A program made the translations under genes and the position numbers. The notes beneath the pieces were generated by a model. The model did not search any database, was not told where the DNA came from, and was given only the letters and a program-made list of their open reading frames with translations. This document shows, piece by piece, positions 1 through 9,059 of a stretch of 56,746 bases of DNA; the first letter of the stretch is position 1, and every line of letters begins with the position of its first letter. Source of the stretch: a virus (lineage: Duplodnaviria > Caudoviricetes). The stretch covers positions 1 to 56,746 of IMG/VR virus record IMGVR_UViG_3300031520_000193; one strand, given 5' to 3'.

Positions 1-303
1 ATGAGCGGGGTGCTGGACCAAGACGAATATGAGTATGATGACGATCGGGATGAGCCGCTTCCCGAAGGTTCAGAATGGTGCGACCGCTGTCAGGGAGGTG
101 GTATCGCCAACTGTTATTGTGGTGGCGACCAATGCTACTGCGAAAACTATGGCGAGATGGAGTGCCCGACGTGCCACGGCGCGGGCTGGTGGGTGCCTAC
201 CCAAGCCGAGATAGCGCAACGCGCTGAGTTGGCAGAGTTGATGCGGAAGGTGTGGGCGGAGAACCCCGTGCCTCCCGCCCATGACAGCGACGGGAGAGGG
301 TGA
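1..303 (+). CDS. Hypothetical Cys-rich (CxxCxGxG zinc-binding-like) early protein
   Basis: CDRCQGGG and CPTCHGAG motifs. Confidence 0.65.
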   Translation: MSGVLDQDEYEYDDDRDEPLPEGSEWCDRCQGGGIANCYCGGDQCYCENYGEMECPTCHGAGWWVPTQAEIAQRAELAELMRKVWAENPVPPAHDSDGRG

Positions 304-432
304 TGGGCGCGGAACTTAGCCGCATGACCCCCGCCGTCCTAGCCGACCTCGCCCGCATCCGCGCGCTGTTTCAGGCCCGCCCCATCGCAGCGGTGATCGG
401 CGCACCACCACCAGACCCAGCGCGGGGGCGCG

Positions 433-630
433 TCATCTCTTGCGGCGGTGTAGCTCGGCGTCAACGGCCGCGCGAATGAAGTCCGACCGTTTCTCATTGC
501 CGACCAGCGCAGCGTCAATCTTGGCCAGCGTCCCGGTCGGAAAGCGAGCCGGTGTTTGTTCGTCGTTGATGCGCGGCCGTCCCACGCCAGCCGGACTAGC
601 TGATATTGCCTTTTGCGCCAAGCCGACCAT
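433..630 (-). CDS. Ribbon-helix-helix (Arc/CopG-like) regulator
   Basis: GRPR...ARFPTGTLAKIDA...RSDFIRAAVDAEL pattern; ATG at 630. Confidence 0.75.
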   Translation of the reverse strand: MVGLAQKAISASPAGVGRPRINDEQTPARFPTGTLAKIDAALVGNEKRSDFIRAAVDAELHRRKR

Positions 631-634
631 TTTT

Positions 635-684
635 TGATATCCCCTATTGACGATCAATCTGATATCTCTTATTTAGGTGATATC
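635..684 (+). promoter_or_regulatory. Sigma70-like promoter overlapped by three TGATATC boxes (probable RHH operator)
   Basis: TTGACG (647-652), 17 nt, TATTTA; TGATATC at 635, 660 and 678. Confidence 0.6.
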
Positions 685-703
685 AGCTACGGAGACAAGT
701 GAC

Positions 704-916
704 ATGACGACGGTACCGCCGATTTCCCCTACCCTGATGAAACTGGCCGAGGCGACTGGCTACAGCTGCAATGTAGTCGCGCTCGTCTACGTGAAGGGCT
801 GGCCGCAGCCGAGCACGAAGCCGTACCAGATCGGCTATGCCGACGGCGGGCATATTGCATCGTTCGCGGACCAGAAAACTCTAGAGCGCAACCTGCGCGG
901 CAGGGCGGGGTGCTGA
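704..916 (+). CDS. Hypothetical protein
   Basis: GGAG RBS before ATG 704; lies downstream of the promoter. Confidence 0.6.
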   Translation: MTTVPPISPTLMKLAEATGYSCNVVALVYVKGWPQPSTKPYQIGYADGGHIASFADQKTLERNLRGRAGC

Positions 917-917
917 C

Positions 918-1157
918 ATGGCCCGCTATGACGAAGCCGTCCGATGGATCGCCGACAACGACGACAGCGACCTCGGCGACCCCGATGAGGGCTTGTACAT
1001 CGTCAGCATCTGCTTGGTCGCCGACTGCTGGAACAGGGATCAGCACGTCGTCTACGCCGACGTCACGCGGCGCCGCGAGATCAATCAGGCCCGCCATCAG
1101 CGCGAGATTGATGCCGAGTACGATGAAGAGGACCGAATGATGGACGCGGCGCAATGA
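918..1157 (+). CDS. Hypothetical early protein
   Basis: Tightly packed ORF; ATGA overlap with next gene. Confidence 0.7.
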   Translation: MARYDEAVRWIADNDDSDLGDPDEGLYIVSICLVADCWNRDQHVVYADVTRRREINQARHQREIDAEYDEEDRMMDAAQ

Positions 1158-1396
1158 AGATCACCAATGTACTTCGCCACGAACGCAGCTTTACCACCGT
1201 GATCGACTGGCCCGAGCTATCCGAGATCATCGAACAGGCGGTGCGGCGGGAGACGGCGTATACGATTCACAACGAGGCTACGGTCAAGATTCGCATCGTC
1301 CAATGCGAGGAGGGCTCGCCGTCCTATCGGGTTGATCGGTGGAAAGCCGCCGTCACCATAGTTGAGGAACAAGAGCAGCCGGAGACACGACCATGA
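1154..1396 (+). CDS. Hypothetical early protein
   Basis: ATGA overlaps on both sides. Confidence 0.7.
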   Translation: MKITNVLRHERSFTTVIDWPELSEIIEQAVRRETAYTIHNEATVKIRIVQCEEGSPSYRVDRWKAAVTIVEEQEQPETRP

Positions 1397-1704
1397 CTGA
1401 CGTACAGGCGAACACCCCCACGCGGGGAGAGCGTGAATATCGCAAGACGGCGACGATACGGGCTACACAATGGTGGAAACTAGGCGACCATCCCGCCGTG
1501 GTCCTCAAAAGCGCGCCGAACCGCTACGCAGACGAGGGTATTTCGTGGTGCCCAACACTTGAGGGCGGACACATTGTGACGCCCGGCGACTGGATCGCTA
1601 CTGGCGTTCAAGGTGAACACTGGCCAATCAAGGCTGATGTGTTCGCTACCACCTATGAGCTGGTCGATAGCGCCCGCGCTGCAATGGAGACGGCCGATGA
1701 CTGA
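1393..1704 (+). CDS. PGDYG-like conserved phage protein
   Basis: TLEG..VTPGDWIATGVQGEHWPIKADVFATTYE motif. Confidence 0.75.
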   Translation: MTDVQANTPTRGEREYRKTATIRATQWWKLGDHPAVVLKSAPNRYADEGISWCPTLEGGHIVTPGDWIATGVQGEHWPIKADVFATTYELVDSARAAMETADD

Positions 1705-1999
1705 TACGCGCGATAGAGTTGTAGCGACCGTCGCCGACCGAATCCAAGCTCGCATGAGGCCGCTTTTCGGGTCACCCGAGTACCTGGCTGACCCGGTGAA
1801 ACTCGCCCGAGCGGAAAAACGTCAACGCGAGAGCGCCGAAAGCTATGCGCGTATTGCGGTTGAAGAAGCCCTCGCCAGCGCAGAGGCGGAGAACGCCCGG
1901 CTTCGTGCGGCGCTGGACGAGGCACGGACGAACAGCATCCGGTTCGCAGGTGGGCAGTCTCCGCACGTTGTCAGGTCGGGTTCGGTGACCGCCCGCTAA
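1697..1999 (+). CDS. Hypothetical coiled-coil protein
   Basis: GGAG RBS, ATG 1697, AEAENARLRAAL coil. Confidence 0.65.
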   Translation: MTDTRDRVVATVADRIQARMRPLFGSPEYLADPVKLARAEKRQRESAESYARIAVEEALASAEAENARLRAALDEARTNSIRFAGGQSPHVVRSGSVTAR

Positions 2000-2000
2000 C

Positions 2001-2120
2001 TCACTTCGGATCAGCCTTAGGCTCCGTCACACGCGGGGGTTCCACCAGCCAAGCATGCCACGGCCCGATGCGATAGCCAGTGCCATCGGGGCGAGCGGCG
2101 TACTGGCGGACGCGGCTCAT
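2001..2120 (-). CDS. Small hypothetical protein (39 aa), last late-strand ORF
   Basis: ATGA overlap with 2117-2443; translates as MSRVRQYAARPDGTGYRIGPWHAWLVEPPRVTEPKADPK. Confidence 0.4.
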   Translation of the reverse strand: MSRVRQYAARPDGTGYRIGPWHAWLVEPPRVTEPKADPK

Positions 2121-2443
2121 TCCGTCACTCCAGTTAGCGGGTTACGCCAGCCGGTGCCGGGGAACGGATTGCCCACCGTGTTGGGGTCGCCCGGCCAGCC
2201 GATCATTTTCAGCCGCGCATCGCCATGCAGCACATGACCGTCAACGCCATGCACGGGTACGGTGATCTGGTCGCCGATCGCGAGCGGGGGCACATCACCT
2301 TCGTGGCGCTTGAGGTAAAACCCAATGCACCCTTCCGGAGTGAACCCGCCCCGCGGGCAGTCGCCCTGCACGAACCAAGCGTCCGCCAGCGTCTGCGGAT
2401 ACGTAGACGAGTCCACGGCCGTGACGCTGGCGGTGATGCTCAT
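2117..2443 (-). CDS. Hypothetical protein downstream of lysis genes
   Basis: ORF packed directly after 2449-2934. Confidence 0.6.
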   Translation of the reverse strand: MSITASVTAVDSSTYPQTLADAWFVQGDCPRGGFTPEGCIGFYLKRHEGDVPPLAIGDQITVPVHGVDGHVLHGDARLKMIGWPGDPNTVGNPFPGTGWRNPLTGVTE

Positions 2444-2448
2444 GTGGA

Positions 2449-2934
2449 TTAAGCTGCGACCGCTTGGGCAACTTGAGTCGTCTCGAACGGGGTAGGCGGA
2501 AGACCAACCGCCTTCTCCACCGCGCCGAACGCCGCCGGCACGACCAGCTCCGCCGCCAGCTTGACCAGGGGGTTTGCCGACAGCGACGATGCCAGCGCGA
2601 GCGTGTCCGCCTCGATCGTGGGCAGGCTAGCGCGGAACGCCTCCGCCGCAACCGACACGGCCGCGTGGAAGAGGTCGTGCTCGACGCCCTTGAAGCCGTC
2701 CCGCTTGGCCGTGGCGACGATCGCCGTGGTGACAGCGCCCAGCTTCTCGAATCCGGTCATACCCGGCGTCGCGCCGAGCTTCGCCGCCAGCGCCTTCGCG
2801 ACTTCGCCATATGTGTCGGCGATGTGCTGCTGGATCGAATGCGTGACGGTGGCAGTCTGCGTCGGGACGCCGGGGATATGGATGCCCGACACGATGCCGA
2901 GCGCGTGACGTAGGGTGGCCATGATGTTGCTCAT
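2449..2934 (-). CDS. Lysis-cassette-associated hypothetical protein
   Basis: ATGA overlap with the holin-like gene; Ala-rich helical sequence. Confidence 0.65.
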   Translation of the reverse strand: MSNIMATLRHALGIVSGIHIPGVPTQTATVTHSIQQHIADTYGEVAKALAAKLGATPGMTGFEKLGAVTTAIVATAKRDGFKGVEHDLFHAAVSVAAEAFRASLPTIEADTLALASSLSANPLVKLAAELVVPAAFGAVEKAVGLPPTPFETTQVAQAVAA

Positions 2935-3227
2935 TTCACTTCTCCTTGTTGAACGGGGTCCGTTGGAACCGGCTGGGCAGCCGAGTTCACGACGGTAACG
3001 GGTTGCGGGTCGGCGCTCGCGCTGGCGCTTTGCGCTGCGAGCGTATCCGAGTTCGTTTTTGCGTTGTCCGCGCCAGTCTTACTCCCGCCAAGATAAAAAC
3101 CGATAGCCGTCGTAAAGGCGGCGATCATCGCGCCGATCAGCAACGGCTCGTGCGGGTTGACGAAGAACGCGAAGGCGAACAGGGCCACGATGGCAAAGGC
3201 GATGAACTCGCGCGCGTTGTTTTTCAT
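2931..3227 (-). CDS. Holin-like two-TM membrane protein
   Basis: Two hydrophobic helices; adjacent to endolysin. Confidence 0.65.
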   Translation of the reverse strand: MKNNAREFIAFAIVALFAFAFFVNPHEPLLIGAMIAAFTTAIGFYLGGSKTGADNAKTNSDTLAAQSASASADPQPVTVVNSAAQPVPTDPVQQGEVK

Positions 3228-3661
3228 GCGTCGTACTCTGTGAGCTTGTGCGCGCTAATCAGCGTCAGCAGCTTGTGAGCGTAGAGCGGATCGGTCGCGT
3301 AGTGCGCCGATAGCCGCGTCACGAACCTGTCCACGTTCGGGAGCGCCGCCATCGCCGCCGCGTACACTGGTGCTGTCGCGATCAGTTTGGCATGAGCATC
3401 GAAAGCATCGGCGATCGTCGGAAACGTGCGGAAGGGCTGCTTGCACGGGCGGTACGCACCGTTTCTGAACTCCGTGGTAGCCAGCCACTGGCACGGATCG
3501 TTCCGCCCCTCGCGCGGTTTCATCCCGAACGGATTATTGCCCGGTGAGTGCGCGCCGCTTCCGCTTTCGACGATCCATTGCGCCAGAGACACAGACGCTG
3601 GCACGTGCCAGTGCCCCATGCCAGCGCGAGCGGCGGCGATGATGTCGGATGGGATCGTCAT
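3224..3661 (-). CDS. Endolysin, GH73 (FlgJ-like glucosaminidase)
   Basis: AQWIVESG, NNPFGMK and YATDPxY motifs. Confidence 0.9.
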   Translation of the reverse strand: MTIPSDIIAAARAGMGHWHVPASVSLAQWIVESGSGAHSPGNNPFGMKPREGRNDPCQWLATTEFRNGAYRPCKQPFRTFPTIADAFDAHAKLIATAPVYAAAMAALPNVDRFVTRLSAHYATDPLYAHKLLTLISAHKLTEYDA

Positions 3662-4119
3662 TCGCCTGTTCCTCTGATTGCTGCAAGTTTCTGCATCGCC
3701 ACGCCGACGCCCATGTCTCGCGTCGCGGCTTGCGCGATCAGCTGGCGGGCCTGTTTCAGTGTCGGGTTATTAGGATCGGCGCGCGCCAGTTCACCCGCCA
3801 CCAGCTCGAAAGCGGCCTGCATCGATACCATCTGCATTTGCACGACGGCAGTTGCATCTTTCGCAATACTTGCGGCTTCGTTGGCCCTGTCTACCTTCGC
3901 TTCCAAGTCCAAGATGCGCTTGTTCATGTCTTTGAGATCGCCAGCTCGTTCGGTCAAAAGGTTCGCTTCCCGATCGTTCGCGATCTTCTTGAGTTGCGGA
4001 CGGCTCTTGATGATCGCGGCCAGCACACCACCGATCAACAAGTTAGCGAGCCCCATCATCACTGCGGTCCAGGGAAACCCGGACTGCGTGACTGCGACTG
4101 GAATTACGTTAGCCGACAT
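3658..4119 (-). CDS. Membrane-anchored coiled-coil lysis-region protein
   Basis: N-terminal TM helix followed by coiled coil; upstream of endolysin. Confidence 0.65.
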   Translation of the reverse strand: MSANVIPVAVTQSGFPWTAVMMGLANLLIGGVLAAIIKSRPQLKKIANDREANLLTERAGDLKDMNKRILDLEAKVDRANEAASIAKDATAVVQMQMVSMQAAFELVAGELARADPNNPTLKQARQLIAQAATRDMGVGVAMQKLAAIRGTGE

Positions 4120-4426
4120 ACGGGCCGCGCCCTGTAACGAGGCATGCGATCTGCAGGCCGTGGACTAGCGCGACTAGGTTGGGGTGGAGCGACGGGGTCA
4201 CCACCCTATTCCTGCGATACTGGCGTAGAGCATCGCCCACATGATCCCGCCAAGCACGGCACCTACACCCGACGTTCATCGTGAACCAGTAGCGCGCGCC
4301 CGCCTGTATGGTGATCGTTGGTGTCTGCATGACGAGGGGGACCTGTTCCGCATAGCAGTTGACCAGCCTGACCTCGGGGGGATCGGCGCGGCGGTAGGAC
4401 TGGATCCCGAACGGAACGGTGGTCAC
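4109..4426 (-). pseudogene. Probable composite remnant: P22 gp10-like N-terminus joined to a frameshifted small membrane ORF
   Basis: MTTVPFGIQSYRRADPPEVRLVNCYAEQ start; an alternative frame gives GVGAVLGGIMWAMLYASIAGIGW*. Confidence 0.35.
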
Positions 4427-5682
4427 AGATTAATTCTAGGCAGCGCCGGGTTGACGTACCCCCGCACGGCCTTCGCCGAGGTCTTCGGCGTGAACAGGTC
4501 CTGGTACACGCCGAACGCGCGTTCGGATGCGTTCGGATGCGTCGGCTGGCACGTCAGGCGGTACACGATCGCAGCGATACAGCGCGGGTCCGATTCGACC
4601 TCGTTAAGGAGATTGATCATGCTCGCGTCGCCCGCTAGCAGCGTCGGGTCGCCCGATGGCGCGGTCGGGCTGGTGGCGTACCGCTGGTTGCCGTTAAGCT
4701 CTTCGTCGATGATCGGTAGGCCGAACGACCCGTACAACGCCGCCATGTCGAACGCCGTCTGTCCCTGAACGATGCCGAGGGATGGCACCGCCGCAGCCGC
4801 AGGCCCCCCATACTGACGCCGCAGGCTGTAGCTCGCCGTCTCGTAGATGTGGCGACCGACCGCATCGATCTGCACGCCCATCTGGATGTTCGCCGCGATC
4901 CAGCCCACATTGATGTTGGTCGTGTTGAGCACGACCTTGCCGCCGAACTCATGCACGGCGCGTGCAATGCCGCGGTTGAGCACGATCAGCTTGTGCGCGA
5001 GCAGGCCAATCTTGGCATGGTCGATGTCCGTGCCGCCATTGTAGACGCCCGTATTGCTATAGGCGGGCGGGAAATAAGTCGGATCGGTTTCCGCCTTGTT
5101 GTTGAGCACGACCTGACCGTTGTTCGCGGTGAGACTGCCCGGCTGCGGGTTCAGGAACTCGGCTGCGGTTGTACCGCGACCAAATAGCGGGTCAATGTTG
5201 TACGCGAAGCAAAGCTGAAGGTTGGCCTCGTTCATCAACCCCCACCAATCTACGATGCCCGAGAAATAAGAGACCGGCGGACGCAGCCAACCGTAAGCGG
5301 AATCCTCAAGCTGCTGATCTGTCATCGTCGCCATGGGGCCGGTGCCCATCAGCGTCGTTTTGGGAACGTACATGCCGGGCACCGCGTTATCGACGATGAC
5401 CTTCTTGCCCTGGCCGTGTAGGATCGATGCGATGCCGCCCAGGCGATCCACCAGCGGTGTCGCGAGCGCGGCGGTATCGGGTGCCCAAAACGCGCTGACA
5501 CGCGCCCACGTCATGCCCATGGAGTTCATCAGCACGCTCATCTGGCCGATGTTGCCGTTCTGAAATGCGCCCGTGTTCGGATCGGCGAAGTCGGTAGGTT
5601 CGCCACCGCCGGTGAGCGAGCCAAGGTTGACGCCGAACCCGATGCGGGAAGCAGAGACCGGGGCACTGTTGATGAAGCGCAT
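4423..5682 (-). CDS. Clan GH-A-like TIM-barrel glycoside hydrolase (putative virion-associated depolymerase, module B)
   Basis: WGLMNEAN acid/base-like motif, DAVGRHIY, PIIDEELNG nucleophile-like motif. Confidence 0.7.
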   Translation of the reverse strand: MRFINSAPVSASRIGFGVNLGSLTGGGEPTDFADPNTGAFQNGNIGQMSVLMNSMGMTWARVSAFWAPDTAALATPLVDRLGGIASILHGQGKKVIVDNAVPGMYVPKTTLMGTGPMATMTDQQLEDSAYGWLRPPVSYFSGIVDWWGLMNEANLQLCFAYNIDPLFGRGTTAAEFLNPQPGSLTANNGQVVLNNKAETDPTYFPPAYSNTGVYNGGTDIDHAKIGLLAHKLIVLNRGIARAVHEFGGKVVLNTTNINVGWIAANIQMGVQIDAVGRHIYETASYSLRRQYGGPAAAAVPSLGIVQGQTAFDMAALYGSFGLPIIDEELNGNQRYATSPTAPSGDPTLLAGDASMINLLNEVESDPRCIAAIVYRLTCQPTHPNASERAFGVYQDLFTPKTSAKAVRGYVNPALPRINL

Positions 5683-5683
5683 G

Positions 5684-6034
5684 TCAGGACTCCGTCGCGG
5701 CGAAGGACTTGCCTGCCGTCGCGCAAAACACGGAGATGCGCTTGTTCGTGCTGACGTTGACGGCTTGGCCGGGGGCGATCACGAACCCTGTGGTCGCGGT
5801 TGCGTCCGCACCGCTTTCAGTAAGCCGCATCGCGGTATCGCTGGTGTTCTGAAACGTCATGCCGACGCGCGTGGGGTTTGCTGGGGCTACGTCCTGCGCG
5901 GTGTTGGCGGTAGTGATGGTGCCGCTGCGATCGGTGCCAGATGGAAGAGCGGACGTGGACCCGCCAATTATCGTGACACCTACCGCTTCATGGTAGTTGC
6001 CCGCCGCATCCCGATAGACTGACGTGTCGCCCAT
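5684..6034 (-). CDS. Small beta-rich putative tail accessory protein
   Basis: Thr/Gly-rich beta-strand pattern; lies between fibre and hydrolase. Confidence 0.6.
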   Translation of the reverse strand: MGDTSVYRDAAGNYHEAVGVTIIGGSTSALPSGTDRSGTITTANTAQDVAPANPTRVGMTFQNTSDTAMRLTESGADATATTGFVIAPGQAVNVSTNKRISVFCATAGKSFAATES

Positions 6035-6057
6035 CTACTTATCCTTCAGTAATAAGT

Positions 6058-6774
6058 TCATGCGCTGCGCCCGATGCAACGCCAGTCGAACCCGTCGAGA
6101 TAAGGCTGTACGGACCCACCGGGCCGCTGATATTGAACCGAAAAGCTCGTAGTCGACTTGCTGTTTTGGATTATTTGCACCCAAGTATCGCTAGTCCCGC
6201 TCGGGCCGTTGATCGCGGGCGTGATCGCGATGTTGTAACTCCCGTCATAGAACGGGACCACCAAGCTAACGCCGACAACCGGCTCACCATAAGAGCTGGC
6301 GTTGACTGTACCCCATTGCTCGACGAAGCTGTTTCGATGACGGATGACGTTCTGCGACATATCGCCGGGCGCGATAGTGACAGCGATCCACCCGTTCGCA
6401 CCGCTGGCGTCGGGATTGGACGTGTTGCCGTCGACTGTAGACTGCCACAGTGTTCCGGGAGTCGTCGACGCCAACAGCGCGCTGAACGGGTAGCCGCCTA
6501 CTGCGCCCGCGAACGCCGCATCGAAAGTCGCCGCCCCGCCCGCCGCGCTCCATCGCGCCCACGCGGACAAGTCCGCCAGCACGCCGTTCATATCTTGCCC
6601 AGACGGGAACGAGCCGCCGCTAGCGATCGGCTGGAACGTTGCGGGCGGGAATCCCGTTGAGTAGCTCGCCGCACCGCCGCTCGTACCCGAGTCCGGCACG
6701 TTACGGATGAAGCCCGCGCCTGCCTGCGCAGCCCAGGTAACACTAATCCGGCGCGGCTGATTGCTGATTTGCAT
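6058..6774 (-). CDS. Tail fibre, module B (Bcep781-like N-terminus, gp53-like C-terminal domain)
   Basis: ASYSTGFPP..GQDMNGVL..FDAAFAGAVGGYP; EQWG...WRCIG end. Confidence 0.8.
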   Translation of the reverse strand: MQISNQPRRISVTWAAQAGAGFIRNVPDSGTSGGAASYSTGFPPATFQPIASGGSFPSGQDMNGVLADLSAWARWSAAGGAATFDAAFAGAVGGYPFSALLASTTPGTLWQSTVDGNTSNPDASGANGWIAVTIAPGDMSQNVIRHRNSFVEQWGTVNASSYGEPVVGVSLVVPFYDGSYNIAITPAINGPSGTSDTWVQIIQNSKSTTSFSVQYQRPGGSVQPYLDGFDWRCIGRSA

Positions 6775-7400
6775 TAGGAGTGGACCTCGCCAGATACCGA
6801 CACGCCGACAGGCTTGGGCAGCACACCCGCTTGCGCGACGATCGCGAGTTCGACAGCCGACAGCACCGCGCCGAACACCAGCGTCATGCTCATCCCGCCA
6901 TCGTCCCGGACGTAGCAGTTGCCCCGGCCCGGAAAGAGCGCGCGCATCGCCGCGTTGATCGCAGGGATAGACCCGTCGCAGATGTTGAGCGCCGCCTTGG
7001 CAAGGATTAGCCGCCGGAACGCCTCATCCGATAGCGCGAAGTTCCGCGTGATCGCTCCCGCGCCCCACCAGATGCCTTGACCAAACGGCTGTTCCGCGAA
7101 GCCGATGTACGGAACATCGGCGGGAATATGCAGCACACGGTTCACGCCAACGATGCGTCCCCACACATCCAAACCCCAGCCGCGCGCGGTTTCGACGTTC
7201 CACACCAGCGCGTAGAAAGCATCGACGTTGGCTTGCTGATCGAGTGCATCCGCCGTTCGCCTGATCAACTCGGTCAGCACTGGGCTATTGGCGTACTGAC
7301 TAAGCATCGTCTGGCGCACGTCGAACGACGGCAGCCCCATGACGCTATCCGGCCCCGCGTCTCCGATCGGTGCGCTGGCGGGTGCCAGTTTCTCGCTCAT
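6774..7400 (-). CDS. DUF2612 baseplate wedge protein, module B
   Basis: TMLSQYANSP, WNVETARGWGLDVWGRIVGV. Confidence 0.85.
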   Translation of the reverse strand: MSEKLAPASAPIGDAGPDSVMGLPSFDVRQTMLSQYANSPVLTELIRRTADALDQQANVDAFYALVWNVETARGWGLDVWGRIVGVNRVLHIPADVPYIGFAEQPFGQGIWWGAGAITRNFALSDEAFRRLILAKAALNICDGSIPAINAAMRALFPGRGNCYVRDDGGMSMTLVFGAVLSAVELAIVAQAGVLPKPVGVSVSGEVHS

Positions 7401-8608
7401 TGGAGCACCACGGCGATGTTACCCGGATCAAGCACCGGATACTGATTGATGTTGACCGCGACACTGTCGCCGGTCGGACTGGCGGACGTGCCGACGTGCA
7501 GCGACACAAGTTGCGCCCACGGCCCGAGCGCGACGATTCCCGCCACATAGCGGAGCGCATAGATGGTCGTGCCGATGCGCACCCGCTGGCCACCGTCCGC
7601 GCCGGTGAACGCCTTCACGATCGCCGCCTTGATCTGCGCGGCGGCATCGGACGGCACCGCACTTGACGATGCGATGGTGACGCCGAAATAAACCGGCAAC
7701 GCGGCCGGGCGCTGAAACGTGATGTTGTAGGCCGGGTATGGCGGCACATAGCCGCTCGACAGGTCCTCTACCGTGATCGTGATGTTGCCGTAGTAATCGC
7801 AGCCGGGATTTTTCTTTGACCATATCGCCCGCGCCACGTCCGCGTCGGTTCCGCCCTGCGCCGCGACGTACAGACTGTGCGCGGGTAGCGTGACGCCCCC
7901 GGTCGTAAGGGCGTTTGCGCCACTGTTCTCCGTCACATAGGCGTCGAGCACGCCGGAAACGCTCAGCACCGCCGCTCGGATCGAAGGGAGAATGCCGAGC
8001 GCGTTGATCGCCACCGATGCGACCCGGCGCGCCTCGAAATCCGCCCGGCTCTCCACGTCGCCCCCCGCAATACCTGCGGCCGGATTGATGATCGCATCCC
8101 AGCCCGGAATCGCGCGATAGATGCGGTTGAGCGCGCCGACCGGACAGGCGACGGGGCCAGTGTCGATTGCCGCGAAATTTACGGTCGCGGTGCCCGAGCT
8201 GGCAATCGTCGCCGTGCCCGTCGCCTGATAGATTGTGCCATCGGTCGCGATGGCGAGCGCGCCAGCCAGAATGACCGTGCCCGGCGCGCCGGTGCATATC
8301 GCCGCCACCACCGTCGAGTTCGGCGGGTTGCGGGTCATAAAGTAAATGCGGCCGATCGCGTCCTGCATCCGACCGCTCGCCGAAGCCGGGTCGACCTGAT
8401 TGGTGATCAGCAGGAACACCGCGTCGACCGCCGCGCGCACCGCCGTCAGAGACGTAGCGATCTGCCCTTGCGGCGTGGCCATGTCGGGATTTAGGTTGCC
8501 GCCGAACGCCGCTTGTAAGTCAGCGACCACACCCGCGAACACGTCAATCTCATCGGGCGCAGCGAAGCCGTTGTCCGTCAGTACGGGCGCGGGGACATTG
8601 GTCGCCAT
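7397..8608 (-). CDS. Baseplate J/gp47 protein, module B
   Basis: TPQGQIA, GRMQDAIGRIYF, ESRADFEARR. Confidence 0.9.
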   Translation of the reverse strand: MATNVPAPVLTDNGFAAPDEIDVFAGVVADLQAAFGGNLNPDMATPQGQIATSLTAVRAAVDAVFLLITNQVDPASASGRMQDAIGRIYFMTRNPPNSTVVAAICTGAPGTVILAGALAIATDGTIYQATGTATIASSGTATVNFAAIDTGPVACPVGALNRIYRAIPGWDAIINPAAGIAGGDVESRADFEARRVASVAINALGILPSIRAAVLSVSGVLDAYVTENSGANALTTGGVTLPAHSLYVAAQGGTDADVARAIWSKKNPGCDYYGNITITVEDLSSGYVPPYPAYNITFQRPAALPVYFGVTIASSSAVPSDAAAQIKAAIVKAFTGADGGQRVRIGTTIYALRYVAGIVALGPWAQLVSLHVGTSASPTGDSVAVNINQYPVLDPGNIAVVLQ

Positions 8609-8638
8609 CGCCCCACTCTAGCCGAGGACGAGCGTGAC

Positions 8639-8992
8639 CTAGAAAGCGGCGGTTTGGACCGTGCCGTTCGTCAGCCGGAGCTCTACCTGCCCCGCCAGCT
8701 TGCGCCCGCCGATCGGGGCAAGCGATACCGTCGCGCCAGCGACGCCGGGAACCCGTTTGGCCTCAGCCGCCAGCCGCTCACGTAGCACCGCTAAGGGCGT
8801 GGTGCCGGAAAACACCTGGTCGAAATACGGGACGCCACGCGAGGTGTCGTACCATGCTTCGCCGTAGAACACCCGGCATGCGGAAGCGGCGTCCTGCACG
8901 ATCGAATAGGGCTCCGTCGCGACCGCGATGTTGCCGAGCGCGTCGATGCATAGGTCGTTGGTGGCGCGGTCAAGTAGCAGGGTCGCGGGCAT
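8639..8992 (-). CDS. Baseplate gp25/W-like sheath initiator, module B
   Basis: LLLD..NDL.IDA.GNIAVA; FYGEAWYDTSRGVPYF; ATG at 8992. Confidence 0.8.
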   Translation of the reverse strand: MPATLLLDRATNDLCIDALGNIAVATEPYSIVQDAASACRVFYGEAWYDTSRGVPYFDQVFSGTTPLAVLRERLAAEAKRVPGVAGATVSLAPIGGRKLAGQVELRLTNGTVQTAAF

Positions 8993-9020
8993 GGGGTAGG
9001 GTGTAGCATGGCGCGCGCCG

Positions 9021-9056
9021 GGTTGGAGAGCGGCGGTTGCGCGCCGCCCTCCAACC
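9021..9056. terminator. GC-rich hairpin after the antirepressor gene
   Basis: GGTTGGAG-AGCGGCG...CGCCGC-CCTCCAACC stem; no clear U-tract on the minus strand. Confidence 0.45.
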
Positions 9057-9059
9057 GTT

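Noticed and set aside
1393-1704. Anti-defence protein (Tad2/Acb-like)
   Set aside because: The motif fits the common PGDYG-like phage family; I could not support any anti-defence signature
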